From NCBI GenBank assembly GCA_038227875.1, contig JBBRPR010000036.1:1-64000 (forward strand): DNA of 64,000 nucleotides. Reading direction: 5' to 3'. The notes below the pieces were generated by a model, which saw nothing but the letters and a program-made list of their open reading frames with translations, was not told where the DNA came from and ran no database searches. Each line of letters starts with the position of its first letter. Positions within the stretch are counted from its first letter, which is position 1. Source of the stretch: Planctomycetota bacterium (lineage in GTDB: Bacteria; Planctomycetota; SZUA-567; H5-PLA8). The position numbers and the translations under genes are program-made. Shown piece by piece: positions 62,701 through 64,000 of the stretch.

Positions 62701-64000
62701 TCTATTCGACGGGGACTCCGGGCGAGCCGCCCGGACTTCAAAAGGAATCGGCGCTCATCGAGATCGTACGCGGGCGCATGGAAGCGATTGGACCGGCGAC
62801 CGTCGCGCGGCTCAGCGAGGAATTGCATCTGCCCGCGTCGGAACTCGAAGCGGCGTTGATCGGGCTTGAGACACAGGGCTCGGTGCTGCGCGGCTTCTTT
62901 GAAATTCCGCCGACGCGCGAAGTCAACAGCGGGCAGGGTGCGCCGGAATGGTGCGACCGGCGGCTCTTGGCGCGCATCCACCGCTACACGCTCGAACGAT
63001 TGCGCAAAGAAATCGAACCGGTCACCGCCGCCGACTACATGCGCTTCCTCTTTTCGTGGCAGCACGCCACTCCGGGCAATTTGGCCGAAGGCCCGGCCGG
63101 TGTGCGGGAAGTCATTGAACAGCTGCAGGGCTATGAAATTCCGGCGATGGCCTGGGAGCGCGACATCCTTCCCGCACGCGTGAAGGGCTACGACCGCCGC
63201 TGGCTCGATCAGCTCTCCCATTCCGGCGACGTGACGTGGGGACGACGGCTTCCGGCGCTTCCCGATCCGGAAAAGAGACACAGCGGGCTAGTCAGGCTCT
63301 CGCCCATTGGGCTTTATCTGCGCGATCACCTCGATGCGTGGATGGCGCTGGCGCCGCCGCTGCCCCCCGATGAATCCCATCTCAGCAGCGCCGCGCGCGC
63401 GGTATTGCTGCAATTGCGCCAGCGCGGCGCGGTCTTCTTTCAGAATCTCGTCCGCGACGCCAAGCGCCTGCCCATCGAGATCGAAACCGCGCTGGGCGAA
63501 CTCGTCGCGTTCGGCTTCGTCACCGGCGACGGCTTCGGCGGTCTGCGCGCATTGCTGATTCCGCCGTCGAAGCGCGCCAAGGTGAATCAGAAGCAGCGCG
63601 AACGGATGATGCGCCGCGCCGCGCGCTGGAGTGCCCTGCGTAATAGCCCGCACTTCCCGCAGCCGCCCGCGCCTGGGCAAGCGGGCAACACGACGCTCGG
63701 TGCGATGCAATCCGCCGGACGCTGGTCGCTCTTCCGTAATGAGCCGGACTTGTTTGGAAAGTCAGAACCCACCGACGTTGCCGAGACCGTCGCGCGTACG
63801 CTGCTGCGTCGCTGGGGCGTCGTCTTTCACCGCGTCGTCACGCGTGAAGACGGGCTGCCGCCGTGGCGCGACATCATGCGCGTGCTGCGCAGGCTGGAAG
63901 CGCGCGGTGAAGTCCGCGGCGGCCGCTTCGTCGCCGGCTTCAGCGGCGAACAGTATGCGCTGCCGCAAGCCGTCGAACTGCTCCGCTCGATCCGCCGCAC
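59739..64000 (+). CDS. lhr: Lhr-family ATP-dependent helicase, 3' end beyond window (not in the ORF track)
   Basis: Manual translation: MPLSNFHPAVQAWF..., APTGSGKT, YVSPLKALSNDI, RTGDT, LVTTPESL, VDEIH..DKRG, GLSATQRP, HHGSLS, ATASLELGIDIG, QRAGRSGH, SGGAIPD, VPFWLGE. The last codons (GEQYALPQAVELLRSIRR) are in the same frame as the start. Confidence 0.95.
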   Translation, partial: MPLSNFHPAVQAWFKAHFKAPSPPQAEGWPLIQSGRDTLICAPTGSGKTLTAFMACLDALFRQGFDGTLRDETQIVYVSPLKALSNDIQKNLREPLEGIAATAAEMGLLPPQIRVRVRTGDTTQAERAAMVKRAPHILVTTPESLFILLTARRTREMLRSVHTVIVDEIHAVARDKRGAHLSLSLERLDALVKTAPPDSLLGADPTRKVQRIGLSATQRPVELVADFLIGDRGQARREDCPAASPDGRPTTQDLCAIVNLGHLRKIELSLEIPGTPLEAVCSHETWGEVYERITALIAQNRTTLIFVNTRRLCERLAAELSKRLGEDKVTSHHGSLSRQQRFNAEARLKSGELKALVATASLELGIDIGTVDLVCQIGVTSAIGTMLQRAGRSGHSLTGISRAKIFVLTREELMTGAALLSSIKRGHLDRLEIPLQPRDILAQQIVAASADEEWKEDDLYALAKRSWNYRDLERDEFDRIVGMLAEGFSRRRGHNAALIRYDGVNHLISARRGARLAAITSGGAIPDTGDYLVVQEPQGITVGTLNEDFAVESVPGDIFQLGNTSWKILKVEPGRVRVEDAHGQPPSVPFWLGEAPARTNELSEEVSRLRVRIEELLNLSQRRKDAKNGNDGEGGDLEAATLWVMEEAGIERAAAEQLVQYLASSLKILGAVPTIDTLILERFFDESGGMQLVLHTPFGRRINWAWGLALRKRFCRGFNFELQAAASENALLLSLGPQHSFPLADVFNFLNSETVEDLLIQAMLVAPVFQSRWRWDACRALALLRFSGGKKVPPALMRMRSDDLMAAVFPHAAACPENLEGDVEIPDHPLVKEVIYDCLHEAMDIDGLRAVLSRIREGKIRCVARDTTEPSLLAHEILTGKPYTFLDDAPLEERRTQAVFMRRGMERSDDAALGALDPSAIAAVREEAWPDPQDANEMHDTLMLHGYVRDAEARTWMPLLEKLVETGRARPFNDLWIATERIPLFEAVYSTGTPGEPPGLQKESALIEIVRGRMEAIGPATVARLSEELHLPASELEAALIGLETQGSVLRGFFEIPPTREVNSGQGAPEWCDRRLLARIHRYTLERLRKEIEPVTAADYMRFLFSWQHATPGNLAEGPAGVREVIEQLQGYEIPAMAWERDILPARVKGYDRRWLDQLSHSGDVTWGRRLPALPDPEKRHSGLVRLSPIGLYLRDHLDAWMALAPPLPPDESHLSSAARAVLLQLRQRGAVFFQNLVRDAKRLPIEIETALGELVAFGFVTGDGFGGLRALLIPPSKRAKVNQKQRERMMRRAARWSALRNSPHFPQPPAPGQAGNTTLGAMQSAGRWSLFRNEPDLFGKSEPTDVAETVARTLLRRWGVVFHRVVTREDGLPPWRDIMRVLRRLEARGEVRGGRFVAGFSGEQYALPQAVELLRSIRR

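Noticed and set aside
1..64000. CRISPR array, cas genes, rRNA, reverse transcriptase/DGR, IS transposase
   Set aside because: No regularly spaced repeat-spacer array, no YADD-type RT or transposase motifs and no rRNA-like sequence seen by eye.

Overview
High-GC bacterial chromosomal window, most likely Planctomycetota/PVC. This is an inference from gene content: secreted HEXXH proteins, a PEGA lipoprotein, an FxTTxW-type ECF sigma and a PknD-like kinase. Bases ~1-5165 are the end of a lower-GC integrative element at the 3' end of tRNA-Lys(CTT). It carries a tyrosine integrase with a ~190-aa insertion inside its catalytic domain, a probable winged-helix regulator and a translationally coupled operon ending in an HTH-MCM/MoxR-like AAA+ protein. 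The rest is host chromosome: two secreted gluzincin-like proteins, an alkaline-phosphatase-family enzyme, an amidohydrolase, an ECF sigma with a 4x DUF4349 anti-sigma, two LIM-like zinc-finger/TM/lectin proteins, recC-recB-recD, a GH-like protein, a U32 (RlhA-like) protein and a 4xGAF hybrid histidine kinase. Further right are a secretin-PilM/N-PilO-PilP-PilP'-like cluster, a second ECF sigma facing a GAF-GGDEF-Ser/Thr kinase-lectin-TPR fusion, a metallophosphoesterase, a PEGA lipoprotein and an Lhr helicase that runs off the right edge and is absent from the ORF track. Several dispersed palindromic repeat families occur, including a ~139-bp element whose two copies show compensatory stem changes. 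The best candidates for undescribed biology are the diguanylate cyclase-kinase fusion next to the ECF/pilus locus, the tRNA-Lys element with its interrupted integrase, and the zinc-finger transmembrane receptor-like family. All protein calls come from motif reading by eye; no searches were run.
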